DNA of 64,000 nt from Flectonema sp. DT1601. Its lineage: Eukaryota. Positions 1 to 10,483 of this stretch are shown here, piece after piece (the first letter of the stretch is position 1; every line of letters begins with the position of its first letter). A program made the translations under genes and the position numbers. The stretch covers positions 62,001-126,000 of the forward strand of contig OZ025804.1 of NCBI GenBank assembly GCA_964019425.1. The letters run 5' to 3'. The notes under the pieces were generated by a model. The model saw only the letters and a list, made by a program, of their open reading frames with translations, did no database searches and was not told the origin of the DNA.

Positions 1-356
1 TTCTGTGATTAAATAAAATAACTTAACTTGATTAGTTGTTAGTTGGTAATTATCAGGTTATTATTTGTTACTTTTACTGAGCTTGTTCTTACGACACTTA
101 ACCACTTATTTAAAAGTGGTCGTACAAGCAAAGCATATTCATAACAACCATTCAGATTATTTCACTGATACATTTTTTCTATAAATAGCAGTACAGGATA
201 CACAAGGAGATAGCTTAATAAACAGTACCTCAAAGAAAAGAACGGAACAGAACAATAAAAGATAGACAAGGAGAGGTTGAGGGGAGGTCAACTCCTCGAT
301 AAGTACTCTTCACTTCATTAATTAACTGGATGGTTACTTTTAACTGTTGTACTCAA

Positions 357-2348
357 TTAGTTAGTGTTGACTTCAATATATTCCAACTTCTCAACCCAAC
401 CTAACGATGCCCACTTGTCTCTACCACCAGCTGCGTCAACTGCAAGTCTTCTCGCCTCTGGTGAGTATGTCAGCGCCTGCTGTCTCGCAGCTTCTTCAAT
501 CTCCTCTTGTTCGACATCCAGAGCACTGCTGGAGTCGTAAGGACAGGCGTTGCCCTTTTCAGTGAGCGCATCTCCACAGGATTTGTGGTAGTGCTCTCCG
601 CAATCACCGCAGAGAGAGAGCGTTCCAGCCCATATCACTTTCTTACATACAGAACAACGTGTAGGTCGGAGAGAAGAAAAAGCTTTCAGTCTGTGACGTA
701 CACAAGTACAATCTGACCACCTCCAAGTGAGGAATCCTTGACGGAACTGCAGCAGAACGTATTCCGTGTCTTCAGCTACGATGATCTTCTTTACGATTGC
801 TTTGTGACCAGCTTTAGATCGTTGATTTTGAGTGTAAGGAATTAGAGGCGTTAATTTAGTTCTGACTCTCAGGTTTTCTCTCGGCTTCCAAGTTGGCTCA
901 TCCTTTGTCGCTACTGGGATGTCATCAGGTGTGTCAGTCGATTTAGGGTTCTCATCATTCTCTCTGTTGTTCTGAGTGAGTCCCATTAGCGTTCTGAAAC
1001 TTGTCTTCCTTTGCTCTGACACTGCTAATGAAGACACACAACTCTCTTCATCACTATCTAACATGTAAGGAAGAATTGATTCTTTAGCAGCATCTATCTC
1101 AATACGACCAGCGTGTACTGGTGATGTGTTTCTTGGAGAACTAACATCAAAGATTTCAGGGTTTTGAAATAATCCCCTCTCAGGTGGTAGTGGGACATCA
1201 TCAGAGTCTCTCCAATTATCAACAAAACCACTCTTTTCAGGTGGTGGTCGAACCATTGACATGTACCCATCACCAATCATTAATAGTTTCTTGTTTCGAG
1301 ACTTACTTCTAACATCACGAGGGGCTGCAATGATTTGAATTTGAAATCGATCAGCTGCTAGTCTCGCTCTAGTTAAAGCTGATCGGAGGTCAGTTAGAGA
1401 CTTTATTGGAGCTCCAGCAACGCTCTTGATGACACAACCGCGGGTAAGACCTGCTCGATCGAAGACAGATCCGGCAATAGGATCAGTCGCTAGTCGCAGT
1501 ATTTTATTATTATTTTCTTCATCTTCTGGATCAGGTAACTCCTCAACAACATAACCCATATTATCATCATCTGATTGGTTATGTCTAATATACAATGTTT
1601 GCAGCACAGGTACTGTTGGATCCGGTAACGTTGGGTCAGCATACTCAACACACAAAGTCACAAGTTTATTTTGATGAACTCTTCCATACATAACTTCTTC
1701 ATTAAAATCTTTAATCGTTTTTATCGGTTTTGAATTAATAGAATGCAGCGTCACGTTGTTTGGTATTCGATTAGCTCCAGCTGGACTATTCTTTTCTATT
1801 GATGAGATCTGAAGACCTTTTTCAGTTTCAATACATTCAATTCCCCATCTGTCAAGATGGTCATTCAGTCTTAAATGATAAGTTATAAAATTATCTTTTA
1901 TGATTGCCGTTGGTTTTATTCTTATCGTGTACACTGGGGACATCTGAATCCTAGAAAAGTCCTCAGAGTAAGTCATAGGAATATCGTTAACAGATGTTAG
2001 GACACCAGGAGGGACTAGTTGCTTGCTAGCAATAGTTCCCGGTGTTGGAGATACCACTACTCCCATTCCCCAGGTGGGATTCCTTGATTGCGGATTCAAA
2101 CCAAAATCACCCAAAGAAGCCCCTTCTTTAATCAAATCGATTTCAATTTCATCAATTTGAGGATCAACTACAACTGGAGCACTCGTACTGTATATCGGAT
2201 TACCTCTGTCATCCCTACCGAGAAGTGGTTCTTCTCGATCAGAGAGCTGTCTTCGTCTAATTGCCAAGTAAAAACCGCCCGCAAATATCACAACCAATAA
2301 TACAGCTACGGCAACCAGCACTCCGGCTACACAACCCGCATTGCACAT
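357..2348 (-). CDS. Single-pass membrane protein with PDZ-like domains and a C-terminal C1-type zinc finger
   Basis: 663-aa ORF. N-terminal hydrophobic helix (VAGVLVAVAVLLVVIFAGGFYL) followed by RRR. PDZ-like segments (GLQISSIEKNSPAG...LHSINSKPI; GSVFDRAGLTRGCVIKSVAG). C1 pattern HRLK...CSVC...CGDC..HYHKSC...C. Confidence 0.75.
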   Translation of the reverse strand: MCNAGCVAGVLVAVAVLLVVIFAGGFYLAIRRRQLSDREEPLLGRDDRGNPIYSTSAPVVVDPQIDEIEIDLIKEGASLGDFGLNPQSRNPTWGMGVVVSPTPGTIASKQLVPPGVLTSVNDIPMTYSEDFSRIQMSPVYTIRIKPTAIIKDNFITYHLRLNDHLDRWGIECIETEKGLQISSIEKNSPAGANRIPNNVTLHSINSKPIKTIKDFNEEVMYGRVHQNKLVTLCVEYADPTLPDPTVPVLQTLYIRHNQSDDDNMGYVVEELPDPEDEENNNKILRLATDPIAGSVFDRAGLTRGCVIKSVAGAPIKSLTDLRSALTRARLAADRFQIQIIAAPRDVRSKSRNKKLLMIGDGYMSMVRPPPEKSGFVDNWRDSDDVPLPPERGLFQNPEIFDVSSPRNTSPVHAGRIEIDAAKESILPYMLDSDEESCVSSLAVSEQRKTSFRTLMGLTQNNRENDENPKSTDTPDDIPVATKDEPTWKPRENLRVRTKLTPLIPYTQNQRSKAGHKAIVKKIIVAEDTEYVLLQFRQGFLTWRWSDCTCVRHRLKAFSSLRPTRCSVCKKVIWAGTLSLCGDCGEHYHKSCGDALTEKGNACPYDSSSALDVEQEEIEEAARQQALTYSPEARRLAVDAAGGRDKWASLGWVEKLEYIEVNTN

Positions 2349-3110
2349 GTGCGGAAGGACTGAAAATTATAAAAGTGAGTTACGAGTTTTTTTTTTATAA
2401 AAAAATAATTTCACAACAACCCCTCCATCTGATCATCTGATCATCTAATTGTTAACTGTTGAAGGACGAGTTGGTTATGAAATGAGGAGTTATTTAGTTT
2501 TTCCTCTTTTTTATTTTTTTTTTTTTGAAGCAGGGGCAAAACAAACAAAGAAAGAAATGACTAATTCCATCCACGAAGAATAATAACAATAATCAAATAT
2601 CCAACAGAGATTACATAAAGAATCACCACTTTGAGTACCTCACGCTACTTGAGTCATTACTATTTTCGACGTCTTAGAATGGAAAGTTTTACTTCTTTCA
2701 GATTCTTTTCAAAAACTTACCAAAAGGGAAGACCTCTCTTGGTGGGTATACAAAGATCGTTTTTTTTTTTTTTTTTTTTTACACATGCGATCACGACCGG
2801 ACACACACACGAAAACGTATAAAAAATAAAAGAGAAAGGAATTTAGTTTTGAATCAAACGAAAAGGAAAAGAATAGCTCTTTATCAAACCCGAGACCAGG
2901 AGTGTTCCTTTCTACGGGGATTTGGTGAAAAAGAAGAAAGAAAAAAAAATAAAAAACTCCCACGTCGTTTGTGTTGGGAGTATTTCGTTGATAGATTCTC
3001 ATCGCTGATTTTTTTTCTTCTTTTATTTGTAGTAAAAATCTTTTTCTGTTGTCACACGCTAATGTTTAAAAAAATAAAACACGGGAACGATACAAAGGGC
3101 AGGATAAGCC

Positions 3111-4576
3111 AAAGGAACTCAACACATTTATGCCTTCTGGGCATCACGGAGAACTTCTACAACGGACTTGAAGGCGAACCACTCAGGGATGTCCTCTCCA
3201 GCTCTCAATCTACGACGGAACTCAGTTCCCGAAAGCTTGAGCGGCTTGAGGTCCTTGGCCTTGGCATCGTCAGCCGCCATGTAACCTTCCTCAGTGTACA
3301 CCAAGTTCAGGGAAGGAACGGTCTTCATTCCGAGCTCTGGTCCGTACTTGGCAGCGGTCTCCTGGGCGTCGTACGCACCGTAGTAGTCCTCTCCGGTGAT
3401 GCTCGACTTGCTTCCAGCCATGTCTCTTCCGATGATGAAGTGAGTGCATCCGTAGTTCTTTCTCAACAACATGTGCTGAATGGCTTCTCTTGGACCAGCC
3501 ATGTGCATCGAGTATGGCATGTATGCCCAGAACACGCTCTCGTTCTTGGTCTCCTCCTTCAACACTTCGTAGGTGTGGTATCTGACGGTTCCCGGAATGT
3601 CGTCAGCCTGGGTAGGACCGCAGGTTGGGTGAACCAAAACAACACCTCCAGAGTCCACGTTTGGTGCATCCAGGGCTCTGGTAAACAACTCGTAGTGAGC
3701 TCTGTGAACAGGGTTTCTGCACTGGAACGCAACCACGTCCTTGTCCAGTGGAAGGAATGAACGAACCTCAGATGGGGTCGCACATGGGAAGTCTCTCTTT
3801 GGAAGGGAGAGTCCGTGAAGGGTACCTCCCATGTAGTACTGACCACGCTCAGTGGCAACCATCAGGCATCCAGGGTGCTCCAGCTCGGAAGTTCCGTACA
3901 ACTTCTTGCATTCGGCAACCTTGTTTGGCTTGAACTTCGAGGTCACGTCCATCACGGCCATTGGGACCTTGTTGTAGGTCAAGAGAACGTGTTGTCCTTC
4001 CTTCACATCAGTTCTGTCAGTGTCCAGGCACACTGGAAGACCGAAGATGTTTCCGTTAGTCAACCTCATGTCATCGACAACCGACTGGTAGTCGTCCTCT
4101 CCCATGAATCCCTCGAGAGGTGAGAACGCTCCAGTTGAGATGAGCTGAGTGTCACATGATTGTCTCTCGTTAAGTTCGATTGTCACTCCGTTGCATCTCG
4201 CGATCAGGTCGGCCTTCTCGGCATCGTCCGCCACCATCTTGTTGATGAGGGATCCACCGTGAGGGGTGTTCAAGAATCTCGCCTGTCCTCTGAGAGCAGA
4301 TCTTCCGAAGGTCTTCATGACGTTCATTTTGAGATTTGTGTGTTGGAGATGATAGCTGAGTGGGGGGGGAAGGAATTTAGCAGCAAACGCACACGTTCAC
4401 ACTGGTGACCCGAATCACGAAATTGAATAAGAAGTAACAACACAAATGATCCATTCTGAGATGCGTACCTGCTGTGGGAAGAATATGTTAGTTAGACCAA
4501 ACAAGTGTAATAATATAAATTCAGGGAAGCAAACAATACAAAACCCCCCCAACAATCAATCACCAGTATCGATCAG
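3111..4576. repeat. ~1.47-kb segmental duplication (second copy ~10467-11933)
   Basis: Identity runs from AAAGGAACTCAACACATT to CAGTATCGATCAGT in both copies. Only isolated differences seen, e.g. 3683 A vs 11039 G. Confidence 0.92.
3128..4327 (-). CDS. sat: ATP sulfurylase (sulfate adenylyltransferase), copy 1, probable mitochondrial presequence
   Basis: Sat motifs FSPLEGFM, AFQCRNPVHRAH, AGPREAIQH, NYGCTHFIIGRDMAG and LSGTEFRRRL. Arg-rich N-terminus lacking acidic residues. Confidence 0.95.
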   Translation of the reverse strand: MNVMKTFGRSALRGQARFLNTPHGGSLINKMVADDAEKADLIARCNGVTIELNERQSCDTQLISTGAFSPLEGFMGEDDYQSVVDDMRLTNGNIFGLPVCLDTDRTDVKEGQHVLLTYNKVPMAVMDVTSKFKPNKVAECKKLYGTSELEHPGCLMVATERGQYYMGGTLHGLSLPKRDFPCATPSEVRSFLPLDKDVVAFQCRNPVHRAHYELFTRALDAPNVDSGGVVLVHPTCGPTQADDIPGTVRYHTYEVLKEETKNESVFWAYMPYSMHMAGPREAIQHMLLRKNYGCTHFIIGRDMAGSKSSITGEDYYGAYDAQETAAKYGPELGMKTVPSLNLVYTEEGYMAADDAKAKDLKPLKLSGTEFRRRLRAGEDIPEWFAFKSVVEVLRDAQKA

Positions 4577-5408
4577 TGTTATCATACTATCCAAGTACGA
4601 AATAAAAGACTATCGCGAGTTAGTCACGAGCGGTAACAAAATACCGCACAGTTGTTTGCTTTTACGCGGTCGCTGAGATCAATTTAACCTGTAAAGAAAG
4701 AAGTTGGTTTGGTTTAGTTTCAGCCGAAACAAGACAGCTCTCTCCAGTGACTTGCCGAAGTTAGGCCATCCGTGAATGGTGGTGCCCATCCTTACCCAAA
4801 TTAGAACTAGTTGCTTCAGCCATTTTGTGATAAAACACCTCATTCTGAAACTATTTGTGTAGGAAAGGTCCCTTTGCCCAATCAATAATAAGGTTGCAAG
4901 ATTTCTTTTTTTTTCTTTTTCCCAACCCCGGTACTTAATATTACTACTTTATTTATGAAGCATAGGAAGCCAAAAGTTCAGCAAATGCTCACAGTTGAGA
5001 TCGCTACCAACTGTGAGACTCTTATTGAGGTAAGAGACGTAGAACCTGAAACAGATAACTACCTAGCAGACAGTGTTAGAGATGGTTGATAATGTTAACT
5101 TTTATCAAAGAGAGGGAGAACCGCATTAGATTAGAAAATAAGAAATAAAAGAAATAATACCAAATAAAACAATACACCAGAGGATAGAGTCGCACTTATA
5201 TTCCACCCGGGGAATTTCACAGCAGGAGGCGTTTTTACTAGAAAAGAAATAAAAAAATGTTTGGATTTCGATGTGCGCCCAAAATACCCTGAAGTGGAAA
5301 CTTCACCAGCAACGTATTCTATTGGTAGGCAGTATCTACTATTTTTTATTTTCCTTCCCTTCATAGATGGAAGTGAAAATCAGCCACAAAATTTTGTAGG
5401 GCCAAAAT

Positions 5409-5466
5409 AGGGCGCTGGAGGGCGCTGGAGGGCGCTGGAGGGCGCTGGAGGGCGCTGGAGGGCGCT
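5409..5466. repeat. Tandem 10-bp subterminal repeat (GGAGGGCGCT)n of the transposon
   Basis: About 5-6 tandem copies; inverted versions at ~7534-7573. Confidence 0.9.
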
Positions 5467-5967
5467 TTTTTAATTAAATTTAATATAATGCCGAGCTCAT
5501 TTTGACACACCCCTGCCCTCAGCGAGGGTTGAATCGCATCTTATTTGACTTTTCTCCGGTTCGCCCGATCAAATGCGTCTCCGGGATATCAGTTTACTTG
5601 CCACTAGTAAACTTCTTTTTTTTTCTCACAAGGTACCATGAAGACCGGCCTATTAACAGATTAGCAGCCTCTTGAATCCCTCTATATTCGACTCGGTGCA
5701 TTCTGCGGGACATATCTCCACGTCGCTAAGCTCCTTGTAGATCTGGGATGCATCGTCCACTGAAATGAGTTTCAGCTTCAGGGATTGCAGCAGGCTACGG
5801 AAGCTCTCAAGGAGTGGTGAGGCCCCCATTGTTTTTGCCATTGTTGATTTCTTTGTGGAAGTCCAGATACCTCTGCTGGCGTGTCAGTTCATTGTACATC
5901 ACGTTTCGACACAGTTTCAGGAATTCCATCATGGGGGGAACTTTGATACGATACATCATGGGGGGGG

Positions 5968-6218
5968 TTGTATGTTCGATTTTGTAAAAATTACAACTGT
6001 GTTGTATCATAAAAACATAAAGATAATTTAACATTAGTTTTAAATACAGTGACTAAGGGTGATGCGCAACTTAGCATATTAAAGTAACTATAGGTTTCGA
6101 GAGTAATCCATATACCTCTTACCTCTATTCTCTCTCATCAGTATGGTGTAGAAGTAAGTCAGTCAAATGTTGAGACTGAGTCATTCCAGTTTGCAGGACT
6201 GGAATGTAGTTACTTTGT
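5968..6218 (-). mobile_element. Short 3'-end copy of the element at 50720-55280, inserted inside the DNA transposon
   Basis: Colinear similarity to ~50720-50975. Flanked by the direct repeat CATCATGGGGGGGG (5954-5967 and 6219-6232). Confidence 0.8.
6081..6216 (-). ncRNA. Structured RNA with a hammerhead-ribozyme-like core (copy 1)
   Basis: Minus strand reads CCAUA-CUGAUGA-GAGAG-..-AGG-UA-UAUGG-..-CUCUC-GAAA-CCU, enclosed by the AAAGUAACUA/UAGUUACUUU stem. Confidence 0.6.
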
Positions 6219-7810
6219 CATCATGGGGGGGGGACTTTGATACGATACGAAAAGATTTATCTGGGAAGAATACTGCAGGTCTTTGCACAAAAAAATAAAA
6301 ATACTGTCACCATGAAACAGAAGGCGTTGAACATTGCCTGGTTTCTTTGGTGGAGGCCACGTGAACGTAGTTGAGCACCTCTTGCCTACGCTACCGTAAC
6401 AGTGAAAAACAGCTGTAAATTAAAATCAATGTGAAAAAAATAAAATGAAACCAAAGGTTAACAGTGGACGAATCCGACGTAAGGCTTTCCTAGACTACTC
6501 GAGTCTTCAGCGGTCCGCTCGGTGATAGCAGCCTAGGAAGGACAAGCTCACCCATCTGCCTGGAGACCATTCAAATTGGCTCGCTCTAAATTGGCGACCT
6601 AAACGCTCTACCCTATCGCCGCGATTGCCACTGAGGGGGGGGGGGGAAATCCCTCGTGAGTTTCCTTAATCTCTGTCGCAAACGCGTGGGTGAAGTAGTG
6701 AATAATAAGCCACCGGATCGGATCGTCCACTGTATCGGATCGTCCGCCTCCTCCTCCCCTTAATCACCTCCTGAATCCCTTTGAGGTTCGAGCTTGCCCG
6801 ATCGACCACTGCAAACACAAAATTTGGGTATATCTTGTGAATACTTACTAACACATCACGGATTACCTATTGGTAGACGGTCTCCCCCCACCCACCACGT
6901 ATTCAGATACACATCTGACGGCAACAGTCTGGCACCAATTACTTGATGGCGCATTGCGGTAACGCCATCAAGACAGAAACCGTGCGAGGATACAAATTTC
7001 TTCTTAACAATTGCTGATCCTTCTCAGCTACTCGCGGGAACAACTTCGAAATCCTATCGTGCAAAGGAAACTTAGGGTCGTAAGTTGTCCTGATAAACAT
7101 GGCAAACCATGCTGCCACTCCATCTGTAGCGGCACCATACGCCGCTGCACGCGCGAACCGCTCACTCCTCTCGGTTGACCAGCAGATTCAGTTTCAGTTG
7201 CCGGTTAGGCTCATCTGACTATTTTCCCTTGTGTTTGCTAGTATTGCAGTGCTTCAACACATTGAATGGATCCACACCGTTTGTGCCATGAGGCATCTGA
7301 CACCAGTAATCCCAGAGGACGTCATCCCGATTCCAAGCGGAAAAAAAAGCTCCAGAATTTCTGGAGCTCCGGTGGTTTACTGGTATGAACCCCGTGACAC
7401 CCTTTTTTCTCTTTTTCGTAAGACTGCCAAACTTGTCAAAAAAAATTTTTTTGGCTTTCTGTGTCAAAATACTTGTGCGTCAGTGTAAGTCCGTCAATTC
7501 CAGCTGTCTTATAGTAATAAAAAAGGTAAAAAAAGCGCCCTCCAAAATTATTAAAAGCGCCCTACACGCCCTCCAAATTGTAGGGCACTTCCATCTATGT
7601 CCCTTAGAGTTTTTTTTAATTATTTTTAATACACGTATCTCCGCTCGGGAGGATGTGCGAGTTCTCCTTTTTTTCGAAGAAATATTTCATAAACTGCTAC
7701 GGAAACCGATTCACGAGCTCACAACAAAATTATATTTCTTCGTTTGATTTTCAAATTGTTTCTACTCACAGAAATAGAAACCTAAATAACAAAAAAAAAG
7801 AGTTTAAGAA

Positions 7811-9718
7811 TCAATTCACCACTTTATACTTAATGATCTGCTTCTCAAAGAGAGCGCTATTACTTTCAGGCAACCTGACAGATTTAAGAGCGTTGCATTT
7901 ACCGAGAAAGCGATCACTAACAGCAGTGACACAACTAAGACCAGAGAGGTCAAGAGAAGTTATTTCTGAACAGCCATACAAGAAATCATCACCAATACTG
8001 GTGACACTACTAAGACCTGAAAGGTCAAGAGCAGTGATTTCTGAACAGCAATACAAGAAAAATTCACCAATAGTAGTGACATTACTAAGAACTGAAAGGT
8101 CAACGGACGTGATTCGTCTACAGAAATACAAGAAATTATCACCAATACTGGTGACACTACTAAGACCTGAAAAGTCAACAGAAGTGATTTTTGAACTGTA
8201 AGACAAAAAATGATTTCCAACAGTGGTCACGCTCCTAAGACCTGAAAGGTCAAGAGCAGTGATTTCTGAACAAGAGTATACGAAATTATTTCCAATAGCG
8301 GTGACACTACTAAGACCTGAAAGGTCAAGAGCAGTGATTTCTGAACAGCAATACAAGAAAAATTCACCAATAGTAGTGACATTACTAAGAACTGAAAGGT
8401 CAACGGACGTGATTCGTCTACAGAAATACAAGAAATTATCACCAATACTGGTGACACTACTAAGACCTGAAAAGTCAACAGAAGTGATTTTTGAACTGTA
8501 AGACAAAAAATGATTTCCAACAGTGGTCACGCTCCTAAGACCTGAAAGGTCAAGAGCAGTGATTTCTGAACAAGAGTATACGAAATTATTTCCAATAGCG
8601 GTGACACTACTAAGACCTGAAAGGTCAAGAGCAGTGATTTCTGAACAGCAATACAAGAAAAATTCACCAATAGTAGTGACATTACTAAGAACTGAAAGGT
8701 CAACGGACGTGATTTGTCTACAGAAATACAAGAAATTATCACCAATACTGGTGACACTACTAAGACCTGAAAAGTCAACAGAAGTGATTTTTGAACTGTA
8801 AGACAAAAAATGATTTCCAACAGTGGTCACGCTCCTAAGACCTGAAAGGTCAAGAGCAGTGATTTCTGAACAAGAGTATACGAAATTATTTCCAATAGCG
8901 GTGACACTACTAAGACCTGAAAGGTCAAGAGCAGTGATTTCTGAACAAGAGTATACGAAATTATTTCCAATAGTAGTGACATTACTAAGAACTGAAAGGT
9001 CAACGGACGTGATTTGTCTACAGAAATACAAGAAATTATCACCAATACTGGTGACACTACTAAGACCTGAAAAGTCAACAGAAGTGATTTTTGAACTGTA
9101 AGACAAAAAATGATTTCCAACAGTGGTCACGCTCCAAAGACCTGAAAGGTCAAGAGCAGTGATTTCTGAACAAGAGTATACGAAATTATTTCCAATAGCG
9201 GTGACACTACTAAGACCTGAAAGATCAACAGAAGTGATTTCTGAACAGGAATATAAGAACTTGTCTCCGATAGTGATAACTCGTGAGATGCCTGTTCTGT
9301 TGGAATTTGAATTGCGGAAAGCAACCTGTTTGGCATCTGAAGGCAGCAGGTCACCGTTAACAGTGAGGCAACCATCCTCTGTGAATGTGGGGGTGTCGAG
9401 ATATAAATTCTCTGTAGCGTGCTCTTTGATCCAAAGAAGCAACTTCTCCCGTTTTGCATCATCAACAAACCAGTGTATGCCGAATATCCTAAACTGCTTC
9501 TTCACCATGTCCAACTCGCTGTTTGCAACTATTCCATGATCTGTTAGTCGCTTAGTTTCGCAAAGGGTATCACCGGCAAACGAGAGTTCAACTTCCTCTG
9601 GATCGACATCCCACTCCTCAGCCGCCACCGCCAACACATCGCTCACAAGGGTATCAACACCAGCAGTCACAGTCACTGCGGGGAGTCCCAATTCCGGCCA
9701 CGTCACAAAAACTTGCAT
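7811..9718 (-). CDS. Ubiquitin-like N-terminal domain + BspA-like 25-aa LRR protein
   Basis: N-terminus MQVFVTW...ELSFAGDTL...LTDHGI resembles a Ubl fold. About 18 repeats of ITxxDLSGLSSVTxIGxxFLYxC. Confidence 0.85.
   Translation of the reverse strand: MQVFVTWPELGLPAVTVTAGVDTLVSDVLAVAAEEWDVDPEEVELSFAGDTLCETKRLTDHGIVANSELDMVKKQFRIFGIHWFVDDAKREKLLLWIKEHATENLYLDTPTFTEDGCLTVNGDLLPSDAKQVAFRNSNSNRTGISRVITIGDKFLYSCSEITSVDLSGLSSVTAIGNNFVYSCSEITALDLSGLWSVTTVGNHFLSYSSKITSVDFSGLSSVTSIGDNFLYFCRQITSVDLSVLSNVTTIGNNFVYSCSEITALDLSGLSSVTAIGNNFVYSCSEITALDLSGLRSVTTVGNHFLSYSSKITSVDFSGLSSVTSIGDNFLYFCRQITSVDLSVLSNVTTIGEFFLYCCSEITALDLSGLSSVTAIGNNFVYSCSEITALDLSGLRSVTTVGNHFLSYSSKITSVDFSGLSSVTSIGDNFLYFCRRITSVDLSVLSNVTTIGEFFLYCCSEITALDLSGLSSVTAIGNNFVYSCSEITALDLSGLRSVTTVGNHFLSYSSKITSVDFSGLSSVTSIGDNFLYFCRRITSVDLSVLSNVTTIGEFFLYCCSEITALDLSGLSSVTSIGDDFLYGCSEITSLDLSGLSCVTAVSDRFLGKCNALKSVRLPESNSALFEKQIIKYKVVN
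7930..9250. repeat. 75-bp LRR units arranged as a near-perfect 300-bp higher-order tandem repeat
   Basis: Sequence at 8221, 8521, 8821 and 9121 recurs at an exact 300-bp period. Confidence 0.95.
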
Positions 9719-10483
9719 TGTTTTTTTAGTTACTATTTGCTGTGGGGTGTTAGTATATAGTTTATATGGATGTAAAGAATGCCTTGAGGCGCAATAATTA
9801 TAAATACGACCCCCACATTAAATCTCGAATTGGGTTTTTTTTTATATTTTTTATTCATCAAACACCTGAGAAAGAAACCTGAGAAAGAAATAAGTAGCTA
9901 CCCGACTACTACTATGAGCTCTCTGAATGCCACCAGACTAAGATCATCTCACGGTGTAATGTCGTGATGATCTCTCTGATGTGGTGGCTTCCATCTGCAG
10001 TAGCTGTATTCTGATTGGGTCAATTCGAAACGAATGGTTTAACTAAATCATTCCTGTAGTACCGAAAAGAATCCTTTGAGGTCTGCAGACAACATTCTGG
10101 ATTCTACACATTCTGAGAGGACATCAGAGTTGTTATAATATATTTAGGATTCCTATTGAGGGGATAAAATTATTTTATGATTAGGAAACTCAAAATTTTT
10201 AAATAACTGAAAAATGATACACTCTGGCTCTGTTCCTCAATATCGAAAAGGAAGAAAAAAAAAAAGAAAAAAAAGAAGAAGAAGACAAGACGCGAGTCCA
10301 TCTCGCATTCTCGAACCAACTCATTAAAGTTAGACTTCACTATTTTTTATTTTCATTTTTGAAACGCTTGATAAACCAAATTGATCAACATAAGTGAAAC
10401 CTTTTTTTTTTTCCAGCAGTTTTTTCGTTCTCATGCGGGAGCCAGAGGGGGAGATGGATGGAGGGAAAAGGAACTCAACACAT

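Larger units (their letters stand above)
5362..7599 (-). mobile_element. Decayed cut-and-paste DNA transposon (hAT/P-like) with 14-bp TIRs and a 6-bp TSD
   Basis: CATAGATGGAAGTG (5362-5375) is the exact inverted repeat of CACTTCCATCTATG (7586-7599). TCCCTT flanks both sides (5356-5361, 7600-7605). Subterminal GGAGGGCGCT repeats on the left, AGCGCCCT on the right. Minus-strand fragments VVDRASSNLKG (hAT-like DxAxN) and NVLKHCNTSKH (zinc-finger-like). Confidence 0.8.

Noticed and set aside
2849..3760. 303-aa plus-strand ORF (and the similar 10394-11116)
   Set aside because: Antisense to the codon-biased ATP sulfurylase; no independent motifs.
7930..9250. Regularly spaced repeats resembling a CRISPR array
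   Set aside because: These are contiguous coding LRR repeats with no unique spacers and no cas genes, in a eukaryotic context.
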